Assembly (NCBI GenBank): GCA_963734695.1
Contig: CAVTIL010000011.1
Span: forward strand, 158,144 to 222,143
Length of the DNA: 64,000 bases
From: an uncultured Acidobacteriota bacterium
Lineage (GTDB): Bacteria > Acidobacteriota > Vicinamibacteria > Vicinamibacterales > 2-12-FULL-66-21
Direction: 5' to 3'
Shown here: piece by piece, positions 54,980-63,507 of the stretch
Layout: every line of letters begins with the position of its first letter
How positions within the stretch are numbered: position 1 is the first letter of the stretch
The notes under the pieces: model-generated
The model's input: the letters and a program-made list of their open reading frames with translations, nothing else
Databases searched by the model: none
What the model was told of the DNA's origin: nothing
Translations under genes and position numbers: made by a program

Positions 54980-55602
54980 CGAATTATCCCCTTCTCTATC
55001 TGGAGCGACTCATCGGCAGTTTCCCGGCGTGCGGAGCGGCGCTCATACAGGAAGAGTTGGAACTTTTCTTCCCGGATTTCACAATCCTGCTTTCAGATGT
55101 GACTCATCTGATTCCGGGATTCTGCGACGAATGCGGAAACGGCTCGCCGGTCAGATTCACTCAGACCACGGCCACGTTCTCCGGCCATTCGATCGGCGAT
55201 CCTGGACTCAGGACGATCGATGCTGACGTGAGGGGCGAACTGTCTTTTGACGGCCCGACCGACGTCATCAATATCGCGCCTGAGCAGTTCGCCTCCGACG
55301 TCATCAGCGAGAGCGTGCAAATTTCCGGCAGGCTCAGGGTGATGCAGGCCAATCGCGTCCTCTTCAGCGGAATGCTCGCCGGGACTGGTCTCGCCAATGC
55401 GGTGTATGCGAATCGGTTCAGTGCCTTTTCCACGCGGCTGGAAGGCTACCAGTACGACATCAACGCCGTCGCCACCACGCCGGAGCCAGCATCGATCGCG
55501 CTCCTGGCCACGGGAATCGCGTGGCTCGGAGCAAGACGACGATTTACGAGCTTCCGCCGCACCCACCTGCGCCGTAGCACGCGAGCACCGGCACCACGAT
55601 GA
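54964..55602 (+). CDS. PEP-CTERM sorting-domain protein
   Basis: The C-terminus ..ATTPEPASIALLATGIAWLGARRRF is a PEP motif, a TM helix and a basic cluster. The start is uncertain because I could not see an N-terminal signal peptide. Confidence 0.6.
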   Translation: MAHAVANYPLLYLERLIGSFPACGAALIQEELELFFPDFTILLSDVTHLIPGFCDECGNGSPVRFTQTTATFSGHSIGDPGLRTIDADVRGELSFDGPTDVINIAPEQFASDVISESVQISGRLRVMQANRVLFSGMLAGTGLANAVYANRFSAFSTRLEGYQYDINAVATTPEPASIALLATGIAWLGARRRFTSFRRTHLRRSTRAPAPR

Positions 55603-55656
55603 GTCCGACTGCCCCGACGACGGGTTGGACGAAACAGCTCACGGTGGTTTGATACG

Positions 55657-56883
55657 TCAGCTTTGAGCCACCGAGATCCGGCCGGTCATCTTCGGATGCA
55701 GCGAGCAGAAGTACTCATAGGTTCCGGGAGCATCGAAGGTATACGAGAACTGTTCATCAGTATCGAGCACAGGCGACTTGAACTTTTTCTCGGTGCTCAT
55801 GATGACGTGGGGGACGTCGTCATGATTCGTCCATCGGACCGTGGCGCCAACCGGCACCGATGTCGCCACCGGGGTAAAGCTGAAATTGTCCACCACCACG
55901 TCACGCCCTGCCGTTGTGACGGTCTCGGCCTCGAGCGGCAGATCGGTGATGGCAATCGGCGAATTCACGGCGTGGAAGGACATGCGGGAGAGACCGAGCA
56001 CCTTCCGGAGGCGGTCGTCAGCCACTTTCATCGGACCCGGCGATGGTGCGGTGCCGGGCGCAGGTTGGGGGAACGCAGTCGACATCGCCGTGTGAAATGT
56101 CACGTGGCCTTCGACCTTCTGCATGACTTGATGGATGTGCCCGTTGAGCACCGATACCGATCCGAACCGCTTCAGATACGACAACGCCTGTTCACTGTCG
56201 TCGGTGCCCCATCCCCACTCGGGATACACCGACCAGAGCGGGATGTGGGCAAAGACCACGATTGGTGTGCTGCTCGAAAGCCGCTTGACGTCCTGCTCCA
56301 GCCATGCCAGCTGATCGCTCCCGAGCGTCCCAAGCCCGCCCGCCTTGAGGTTCACGACGTTGACCAGTCCAATGAAGTGAACACCGTCCCGGTCGAAGCT
56401 GTGCCACCCGGCACCGAGCGTGCCCTTCCCGAACCGTTCCAGATAGCTCTGCCCATCGTCCACCAGGACATCGTGTTCCCCGGGGACGTAGAAGACCGGC
56501 ACCGACAGTTCGGACAGGACTTGCTGCAGTGTGTCGAATTCCGCTGGCTTCGAGAGGTGCGTCAGGTCTCCCGTGTGAAGTACAAACGCCGGCGGCTCGG
56601 GTTCAGCCTTGATCTTTGCGATCGCCTCGCGAAGGGTTGCCGTGACGTCGGTGTTGGCCGGCTTGTCGAACCCGATGTGACTGTCGCTGATCTGGACGAA
56701 GCGCAGTCCGCCGCCTCCAGGCGACATCGTCGAGCCGTGCGACGTCTGTCCAAGCGGAGAGCCTTTCAGGACTCCACCTGAGAGCGCCCACACGGCGCCC
56801 GTGCCTACCCAGGCCATGCAGTGCAAGAAGTTTCGCCGACCGGGATCGTTCACATCTTTCGGTGCCACACATACCTCCCACAT
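55657..56883 (-). CDS. Tat-exported metallophosphoesterase fused to a C-terminal cupredoxin domain
   Basis: The twin-arginine signal is GRRNFLHCMAWVGTGAVWALSG. Metallophosphoesterase motifs are ISDSH, TGDLTH, PGEHD, FAHIP and NGHIHQ. The cupredoxin ligands are ..VPHVI.. and CSLHPKM. An alternative start is GTG 56868, 5 nt after GGGAGG. Confidence 0.8.
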   Translation of the reverse strand: MWEVCVAPKDVNDPGRRNFLHCMAWVGTGAVWALSGGVLKGSPLGQTSHGSTMSPGGGGLRFVQISDSHIGFDKPANTDVTATLREAIAKIKAEPEPPAFVLHTGDLTHLSKPAEFDTLQQVLSELSVPVFYVPGEHDVLVDDGQSYLERFGKGTLGAGWHSFDRDGVHFIGLVNVVNLKAGGLGTLGSDQLAWLEQDVKRLSSSTPIVVFAHIPLWSVYPEWGWGTDDSEQALSYLKRFGSVSVLNGHIHQVMQKVEGHVTFHTAMSTAFPQPAPGTAPSPGPMKVADDRLRKVLGLSRMSFHAVNSPIAITDLPLEAETVTTAGRDVVVDNFSFTPVATSVPVGATVRWTNHDDVPHVIMSTEKKFKSPVLDTDEQFSYTFDAPGTYEYFCSLHPKMTGRISVAQS

Positions 56884-56987
56884 GGAACATCCGTCGCTTC
56901 GGATGTCCGTTCTGTTTGAGAGACCCGGTTGGGGACGCAGATATTCCCGGGAATAAAGCCTCAAATCCGCGAGTCTTAGGGGGAGCA

Positions 56988-57509
56988 ATGCCTGCGCGGG
57001 TGTTCGAAGCCACGGTCCTGCCTCACCTGGACGCGGCGTTCAACTTTGCGCGGTGGCTGACGAGAAACGACGATGAGGCAGAGGACGTCGTCCAAGATTC
57101 TTGCGTGCGGGCGCTGCGGTACTTTTCGTCGCTCCGCGACGATGATGCGCGGGCGTGGTTTTTCGCGATTGTGCGGAACACGTGGTACACCCGTGCCTCA
57201 CGCCGGCCTGTCATCGCGGGAGCAGGATCGCCAGACGGAACGCACGGCGAACCATTCGATGAGGGTCCCGATCCGGAGGCACAGCTGCTGCAACAGGACA
57301 CCGTCGCCCGCGTGCGCGAGGCGATTGGGCAGCTTCCCGTCGAGTTTCGCGAAGTGATCGTGCTGCGCGAGATGGAAGGCTTGTCGTACAAGGAGATCGC
57401 GACGGTCGTGCGGGTGCCGATCGGCACGGTAATGTCCCGGCTCTCGCGCGCCCGCGAACGGCTGCTGGCCGGGCTGAAGGCAGCAGCAAACCTGGAGACG
57501 TTGCCGTGA
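56988..57509 (+). CDS. ECF (group IV) sigma-70 factor
   Basis: The ATG at 56988 follows GGGGGAG. Region 2 is EDVVQDSCVRALRYF..AWFFAIVRN. Region 4 is EFREVIVLREMEGLSYKEIATVVRVPIGTVMSRLSRARERL. Confidence 0.9.
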   Translation: MPARVFEATVLPHLDAAFNFARWLTRNDDEAEDVVQDSCVRALRYFSSLRDDDARAWFFAIVRNTWYTRASRRPVIAGAGSPDGTHGEPFDEGPDPEAQLLQQDTVARVREAIGQLPVEFREVIVLREMEGLSYKEIATVVRVPIGTVMSRLSRARERLLAGLKAAANLETLP

Positions 57510-58234
57510 GCTGCAAAGTCATCGATCGCGATTTGGATGCTTACGTCGATCTCGAACTCGACGTCGATGCCACCCAGGCGGTTCGAGAGCACCTCGTTCG
57601 TTGCGGGGCATGTCGCACCCAAGTCGATGAGCGGCAGGCGCTCCGCCGGCTCGTGCAGTCGGCCCCGTACTATACCGCGCCCGATCGCCTGCGTGCGCGT
57701 GTGTCGGCGATGACGAGACGGGCATCCACGACGCGACGGCTGCTCACGTGGGCGGCCGCGGCGGCGCTGGTCGTCGCGGTCGGCGGCGCAATCACGCTCG
57801 TCCGATCAGCGACAACAACACCCGACGCGATCGTGGAAGCAGTGGTTGACGGCCACGTGCGCTCCCTCATGACCGATCACTTGTTCGACGTTCACTCGAC
57901 CGATCAGCACACCGTGAAGCCGTGGTTTCTGGGCAAGCTCGATTTTTCGCCGCCCGTCGCCGACCTGGCGACCATCGGCTATCCGCTCGTGGGGGGCCGC
58001 CTCGACTATCTCGAGGGCCGGCCGGCGGCCGCACTCATCTACGAACGACGGCAACACACGATCAACGTATTCGTCTCTCCCGTCGTCAACGAGACGATCG
58101 GTGCAATCGCCGCTCGAACGGTCCGAGGATTCCACGTTCATCACTGGACCCGCGACGGGATGTCGTTCTGGGCGGTGTCAGATCTCAACGAGCGCGAGCT
58201 GACCGAGTTCGTGCGCGCGCTCAACGCGTCGTAG
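57506..58234 (+). CDS. zinc-binding (ZAS-type) transmembrane anti-sigma factor
   Basis: It overlaps the sigma gene stop. The HxxxCxxC motif is REHLVRCGACRTQV. It has a single TM segment (LLTWAAAAALVVAVGGAITLV) and an extracytoplasmic domain. Confidence 0.85.
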   Translation: MSCKVIDRDLDAYVDLELDVDATQAVREHLVRCGACRTQVDERQALRRLVQSAPYYTAPDRLRARVSAMTRRASTTRRLLTWAAAAALVVAVGGAITLVRSATTTPDAIVEAVVDGHVRSLMTDHLFDVHSTDQHTVKPWFLGKLDFSPPVADLATIGYPLVGGRLDYLEGRPAAALIYERRQHTINVFVSPVVNETIGAIAARTVRGFHVHHWTRDGMSFWAVSDLNERELTEFVRALNAS

Positions 58235-58968
58235 TGGAAGGACGGCGGTTCTCCGCCACCAACATCCCGACACCGACGGCCATGGCGACGAGCGACGCGA
58301 GGTGCGCCACCGACAGGCCGCCGACGACGCGCACGTCCACGCGGAGGAATTCGATCAGAAATCGAATGGCGCCCGCCAGCGTCAGATACGCGCCGAGCAC
58401 GAACAGGTCCGAGCGCCCCGAGGCTCGCCACCGTACCAGCAACCAGGCAAGCGGAATCAACGCGGCGGCCTCGTAGATCTGCGTCGGGTGCACCGGCACC
58501 GTCGTGGGTGGCAGACCGCGGGGAAAGGCCACGCCCCACGGGAGATCCGTGGGCCGGCCGTAATCATCGCCAACGAGAAAGCATCCGAGGCGGCCGATGG
58601 CCTGCCCCACCGCAAGCGCCGGGGCCGCCGCCGCGAGAACCGCGACCTTTGGCAGCCGCTTGGACTGCATGACGGCAAGACCGGCGACAATCCCGCCGGC
58701 AAAGCCGCCGAACCAGCTCATCCCGCCACGGCTCAGGATGAGGTCCAGCAGCGGGCCCTCGTGCCGGTGCTCGACGACCCACAGGAGCTTCGCTCCTGCG
58801 AGGCCGCCAGAGTACTCCGGCCATCGCCGCGTCGACAGCCTGCGGGCCAATCCCCGAACGCTGAGCCTCCCGCTGAAACAGCCAGAGGCCGACGAAGGCG
58901 CCAAGCGCGACCAGCACGCCGAAGCTCGTGATGTCGAACGAGCCGATGCGGAAAAGGACTGGATACAC
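58221..58968 (-). pseudogene. lgt: prolipoprotein diacylglyceryl transferase, one frameshift
   Basis: The GTG at 58968 gives MYPVLFRIGSFDITSFGVLVALGAFVG..DAAMAGVL|GGLAGAKLLWVVEH..GGMSWFGGFAGG..GQAIGRLGCFLVGDDYGRPTDLPWGVAFP..VHPTQIYEA. One extra nt lies at about 58811, within GAGTACTC. Confidence 0.85.
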
Positions 58969-58990
58969 GCTGGCGATTCTGAACAGTTCC

Positions 58991-59380
58991 TCAGTGAACG
59001 GTTACCGTCCCGACCATACCAGGATGAATCGCGCAGTGGTATGGAAACGCCCCGGTGGTTCCGAAGAGTCTCGAGAACTGACCGCGCGGCGCGATCGATC
59101 CAGAATCCCATGCATTCCCATCGGCTGTCGAGGTATGAGCGACGGAATCCGTGTTCGTCCACGTCACGGTCGTGCCAGCGGCGACGTCCAGGTTGGCCGG
59201 GCTGAACGCGCGATTTCCCAACGTGGATGCTCCAGAGGGAATGGTGATCGGCGATCCCGGTTCAGTCGGCATGGGCGCGGGGGTCGGTGACGGTGTTGGT
59301 GACGGCGCCGAATAACCGCCGCCACAGGCGGTGACCAGCAATGCGAAAGCAGAAACGAGTACGAAACGCGACGATAACAT
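58991..59380 (-). CDS. cupredoxin (plastocyanin/pseudoazurin-like) lipoprotein
   Basis: The ATG at 59380 follows GGAGG. The lipobox is FALLVTAC, followed by a Pro/Ser-rich linker. Type-1 Cu ligands are ..SVAHTS.. and YHCAIHPGM. Confidence 0.8.
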   Translation of the reverse strand: MLSSRFVLVSAFALLVTACGGGYSAPSPTPSPTPAPMPTEPGSPITIPSGASTLGNRAFSPANLDVAAGTTVTWTNTDSVAHTSTADGNAWDSGSIAPRGQFSRLFGTTGAFPYHCAIHPGMVGTVTVH

Positions 59381-59559
59381 GAAAGCCTCCAAAACAAGTT
59401 CGCACAGGCAGGCGCCCGCACACACTTCATCCAACCATCGGGGTCACTCGAATATTCCCGACAGCACGAATGCCACGGTGCGCAGTCGCCGAGTGGCGAA
59501 ATGGAAAGAGTGTGCCGGCACTATGGAATAGGTCGAGGCCTCATGTAGTGGGCATCATC

Positions 59560-60114
59560 ATGGAGAACACAATGCCGGTTCGCGTCCTCGCGATTTCAGG
59601 AAGCCTTCGCCGTGCATCGTCGAACAGCGCGCTCGTCGCAGCCGCCATTCACGTCGCACCAAGTGTCGTGCACGTGTCGGTGTTTCACGACCTCGCTGGG
59701 CTTCCGCCTTTCAATCCGGACATCGAGAGCGAAGGCACGCCGGATGCGATCATCAACTTCCGCGCAAAGCTCCGGGCGTGCGACGCCGTCCTGATATCCA
59801 GCCCGGAGTACGCGCACGGAGTGCCGGGTGTCCTGAAGAACGCGCTGGACTGGCTGGTGGGAAGCGGCGAGCTCGTTGACAAGCCGGTCAGCCTGATCAA
59901 TGCATCGACGAGGGCGACGCGCGCGTGGGCCTCGCTGGCCGAGACATTGACGGTGATGTCGGCACGCGTGATTCTCGATGCCTCGATCACGATCCCGGTT
60001 CAAGGCCGATCGCTGGATGCTGAGGGAATCGCTGCGGACTCCGGGCTTGCGGGGTTGTTGAGGTCTTCAATCGAGATACTCGCCGACGCGGCGCGCGAAA
60101 GTCGGGCGGCCTAA
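59560..60114 (+). CDS. NADPH-dependent FMN reductase family oxidoreductase
   Basis: ..VRVLAISGSLRRASSNSALVAAA.. and ..ISSPEYAHGVPGVLKNALDWL.. The start is at 59560 or 59572. Confidence 0.8.
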   Translation: MENTMPVRVLAISGSLRRASSNSALVAAAIHVAPSVVHVSVFHDLAGLPPFNPDIESEGTPDAIINFRAKLRACDAVLISSPEYAHGVPGVLKNALDWLVGSGELVDKPVSLINASTRATRAWASLAETLTVMSARVILDASITIPVQGRSLDAEGIAADSGLAGLLRSSIEILADAARESRAA

Positions 60115-62456
60115 TTCCCCGTCCGACGCTTGCTGTCGATATCCTTCAACAGCGTGTCGATCGACGCGCTGCGCCCGGCCGCGTGGGCGCGAGTCCAGCG
60201 ATCGGGCCCGAGACGAGCGCGCACGTCCTGTTCCGTCCGGTCCCGCAACACTTGCACTGATTTGTCGACGGTCGTCGTGCCGGTCCGTTCCGTGACGGCG
60301 TCGCGGGTACCAAGAATTCGCGCCGCCCACGCGTGGTCGCCCTTGAGGGCCGCGGCGGCGGCCAGAGGCGTCAGCGCGTAGATGAACTGGAACTTGTCGT
60401 GCAGTTCCCGGCTGCATTCGAGACTCTGACGCACGTACGAGATGGCCTGGTCGGCGTTCCCTCGGCGGACGGCGAGGATCGCGCGGATATAGAGCGGCTG
60501 ATTCAGGAACCACGGGCCGGCACGCCGGAGCATCGAGGTCGCTTCATCCAGCAGGCGCTCACCCTGCTCGACGTCTCCTGCTGCCAGCGTTATGCCCGCC
60601 TTGCCGATGAGCGCGTTCCCGATGCCCCATGGAACGTTCAGCTTCTTGAACCCGTCGAGACTGACGGCAAACCGCTCGCGCGCCGCACTCGGGTTCCCCT
60701 CGGCCTGTTCGATGTGTCCGAGCAAGTGCCCGCCAAACACGGCGACGTCGGCGTCAGCGTTCTCGAGCGCCAGCGCGCGCGTGACGCCGGCGCGCGCGCG
60801 AGCATGGTTGCCCTGCGTGAACAGCATCACGGCGGCGCCGACGAGCGCTTTCGACTCGACCTGTGGCGCAGGCGGCGACGGTTTGAGGCATCGCTCGTAC
60901 CACTGAAGTCCCTCAGCCGCCCGACCGCGAATCAACCAGAAGAACAGCAGCCGCCATGCAATCGCGCATGCGTCTGCTGCGCGCTCGTGTTCGAGCAGCC
61001 ACGTCAGGACGACACGGTAGTTTTCGAGATCGCCCTGGATTCGATCCAGCCATTCGCCCTGCGCCGGTCCAATCAACCCATGCGCCGCACCGGATGCCTC
61101 CTCGCTGCAATACCGGACGAGCCCTTCCATCGCATCGTCGCGTTCCACTGCGGCATCGAGTTCGATGGCTGCGTAGGCGCGCACGGTCTCGAGCATCTGA
61201 TAGAGAGGGCGCGTCGACGTGGCGTCTGCCCGGAGCAGGAGGCTCTTGTCGATCAAGCCTGCCGCGGCGCCGATCGCCGTGTCAGTCCTGCGTGCGTCGC
61301 CATCAGTACCGGCCAGCACCGCGGCGGCTGCCTCGATAGGGAAACGGGCCGGGAGCGCTCCGAGCCGCCTGAAGGTTCGCTGCTCATCCGGATCGAGCAG
61401 GTGATAACTCCAGGCAACCGTCGCCCCGATCGTCTGCTGACGCTCGGGGAGATCCCGCGGACCCGCGGTGGAGAGCAGGACGTCGTCCTCGAGGCGACCG
61501 CGGAGGTCCTCGGGCGTCAAGACTTTCATCCACGGGGCGGCAAGCTCGAGCGCCAGCGGCAGGGCGTCGAGCCTCCGGCAGATTGCCGTGACGGTCGGAC
61601 CATTGGCCGGTGTCAAACGAAAATCGGGTCGCACGTCTCGAACGCGTTCGACGAACAGCCGTACAGCCGGAATGAGGGCCAGATCCGCGGGCGATAACGT
61701 CTCCGAGTTATCTCCCAACGCGAGAGGGCCAACCGCATATTCGCGCTCCCCCCTGACTCGAAGCGGAGCACGACTCGTCGCGAGCAGGCGCAGGGACGCG
61801 GACGCCATCAGGAAGTCCGCGATGAGCGGCGCGGCATCGAGCACGTGCTCGCAGTTGTCGAGTACGAGCAGCGTCGGCTGATCCTCGCAGGCGGCGCGAA
61901 CGCGTGCCGGCAGATCGACGCCCGTCACGTTCGACAAGCCCATCGCATCTGCAACGAACGTCGGAACGAACGTCGCGTCGCGCACCGCCGCCAGCGGCAC
62001 GAAGACGACGCGCAGAGCGCCCTCATCCGCGATCGCGCGTCCGAGTTCCAGCGCGAGCCGCGTCTTGCCGACTCCTCCTGGCCCGAGAAGCGTAATGAGG
62101 CGTGCAGTGGGATCCGAGAGCCATCGCCGAAGTGTCTGAAGGTCCGACTCGCGGCCCAGAAGGGCGGTCAACGCCAGCGGCAGCGACCCGGCGCTGAGTT
62201 CGTCAACCGCCGCAGGCGTCGCAGGCGCCCGTGAGCTTCCCAGAAGCAGATCGCGCGTCGGTCCGGTCAGGTCGAGTGCAGCCGACAGCGCGCGGACGGT
62301 GTCCACGTGCGGACGCCGGCGCTCTCCCCGCTCCAGTGCACTGACCGCGTGCACGGAGAGGCCGGAAATGGTCGCGAGTTCCTCCTGCGTAAAACCCGCA
62401 GCTTCCCTAAGCGCTTTCAATTGCGCCCCAAATGAACCCGGAGCGCCGGTTTTCAT
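60111..62456 (-). CDS. XRE-type HTH / STAND (NB-ARC-like) ATPase / TPR regulator
   Basis: 781 aa. The N-terminal HTH is LKALREAAGFTQEELATISGLSVHAVSALERGER. Walker A is GPGGVGKTRLA and Walker B is LLVLDNCEH. The C-terminal half carries TPR-like repeats. Confidence 0.8.
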   Translation of the reverse strand: MKTGAPGSFGAQLKALREAAGFTQEELATISGLSVHAVSALERGERRRPHVDTVRALSAALDLTGPTRDLLLGSSRAPATPAAVDELSAGSLPLALTALLGRESDLQTLRRWLSDPTARLITLLGPGGVGKTRLALELGRAIADEGALRVVFVPLAAVRDATFVPTFVADAMGLSNVTGVDLPARVRAACEDQPTLLVLDNCEHVLDAAPLIADFLMASASLRLLATSRAPLRVRGEREYAVGPLALGDNSETLSPADLALIPAVRLFVERVRDVRPDFRLTPANGPTVTAICRRLDALPLALELAAPWMKVLTPEDLRGRLEDDVLLSTAGPRDLPERQQTIGATVAWSYHLLDPDEQRTFRRLGALPARFPIEAAAAVLAGTDGDARRTDTAIGAAAGLIDKSLLLRADATSTRPLYQMLETVRAYAAIELDAAVERDDAMEGLVRYCSEEASGAAHGLIGPAQGEWLDRIQGDLENYRVVLTWLLEHERAADACAIAWRLLFFWLIRGRAAEGLQWYERCLKPSPPAPQVESKALVGAAVMLFTQGNHARARAGVTRALALENADADVAVFGGHLLGHIEQAEGNPSAARERFAVSLDGFKKLNVPWGIGNALIGKAGITLAAGDVEQGERLLDEATSMLRRAGPWFLNQPLYIRAILAVRRGNADQAISYVRQSLECSRELHDKFQFIYALTPLAAAAALKGDHAWAARILGTRDAVTERTGTTTVDKSVQVLRDRTEQDVRARLGPDRWTRAHAAGRSASIDTLLKDIDSKRRTGN

Positions 62457-62483
62457 GGCCCTTCCATCTTACCGCTGCTTACC

Positions 62484-62522
62484 TGTGCGGGTGTACGGGC
62501 GCCGTACGGATCTTGTGCGGGT
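62484..62522. promoter_or_regulatory. candidate operator in the divergent region: direct repeats flanking a palindrome
   Basis: TGTGCGGGT lies at 62484..62492 and again at 62514..62522. Between them is the palindrome GTACGGgcgCCGTAC (62493..62507). The site sits between the HTH-STAND gene and the epimerase gene. Confidence 0.35.
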
Positions 62523-62565
62523 ATCGTCCGTGGCGGCGAGGCCGACATCATTTCACACTCTGAGC

Positions 62566-63507
62566 ATGACAGTCGGAGGAGGGGCGACCACATTTGTCAC
62601 CGACGCGGCGGGGTTCGTCGGCACGGAGCTGGTCAAGGTGCTGGTCGGCCGCGGCCACCAGGTGTTCGGCCTTGCACCGTCGGTAGAGGCCGCTCAGAAG
62701 GTGCGGCGGGCCGGGGGCACACCAGTGATGGGGGATCTGTTGAAGCCAGGTCAGTGGCAGGACGAGGCTGGAACCGAGTGGGTGTTCCATCTTCCGCCGC
62801 ATCCGTTGATGCAGAACGGCCGGGGTACCCGGCCCGCCGATTCCCTGATCCGCACGCGGGTCGAGATGGATGCCCACCTGCTGGATGCCGTGTCCACCGG
62901 TACAACCGAGCGTGTCGTCTACGTCGCCGACTCGAACTGTTACGGCGTCACGGGGCCACGCCCTATAACCGAGGACGCGCCGCTCAGTCCGTCAGGCCCT
63001 GCACACTGTCTCGCGCCCGCGCTCGATCGGCTCGACGGCTATTTCGTCGCCGGGCTGCCGGTCATCACGGCGCTTCCGGGATGGGTGTACGGCAACGGGG
63101 CCTGGTTTCGCGAGCGGATCATGGAGCCAATCCTCGCCGGGCGCCGGGTGCTGCAGTTTGGCGCGAGCGCAAGCTGGGTCTCACCGATTCACGTCCATGA
63201 TTGCGCCCGCGCACTGGTGCACCTCGCCGAACGCAGCGAACCGGGAAGCCGCTACTTCCTCGCCAACAGCGATCCGATCCAGGTGCACGAGTTCGCGGAA
63301 ACGTTTGCCCGTGTCGCGAGTCGGTCTCTCAAGGTGCAGCGCCTGCCTCGCGGCCTTGCACGAATGCTGCTCGGGCCGCTGGTGGCCGACCGTCTCGAAG
63401 GTGACCGCGTCTTTTCAAACATCAGGCTGCGTGGCACCGGCTTCCGCTTCGAGTATCCGACGCTCGAAGAGGGACTCCGCCAGGTGCTTGGGTCGGTCGA
63501 TGAGTAG
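62566..63507 (+). CDS. NAD-dependent epimerase/dehydratase family protein
   Basis: The start is MTVGGGATTFVTDAAGFVGTELVKVLVGRGHQVFGL (Rossmann GxxGxxG variant). It has an SDR-extended-like length of 313 aa. Confidence 0.75.
   Translation: MTVGGGATTFVTDAAGFVGTELVKVLVGRGHQVFGLAPSVEAAQKVRRAGGTPVMGDLLKPGQWQDEAGTEWVFHLPPHPLMQNGRGTRPADSLIRTRVEMDAHLLDAVSTGTTERVVYVADSNCYGVTGPRPITEDAPLSPSGPAHCLAPALDRLDGYFVAGLPVITALPGWVYGNGAWFRERIMEPILAGRRVLQFGASASWVSPIHVHDCARALVHLAERSEPGSRYFLANSDPIQVHEFAETFARVASRSLKVQRLPRGLARMLLGPLVADRLEGDRVFSNIRLRGTGFRFEYPTLEEGLRQVLGSVDE

Noticed and set aside
4056-58968. Programmed ribosomal frameshifting as the explanation for the split genes.
   Set aside because: The shifts occur in 10 unrelated genes, up to three per gene. 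I could see no shared slippery heptamer or downstream structure. Both +1 and -1 classes occur.
60111-62456. The STAND NTPase considered as an Avs-like antiphage sensor.
   Set aside because: The N-terminal domain is a DNA-binding HTH rather than a nuclease, protease or other effector. The C-terminus is a generic TPR array, and the neighbours are housekeeping-type genes. The architecture fits a transcriptional regulator better.
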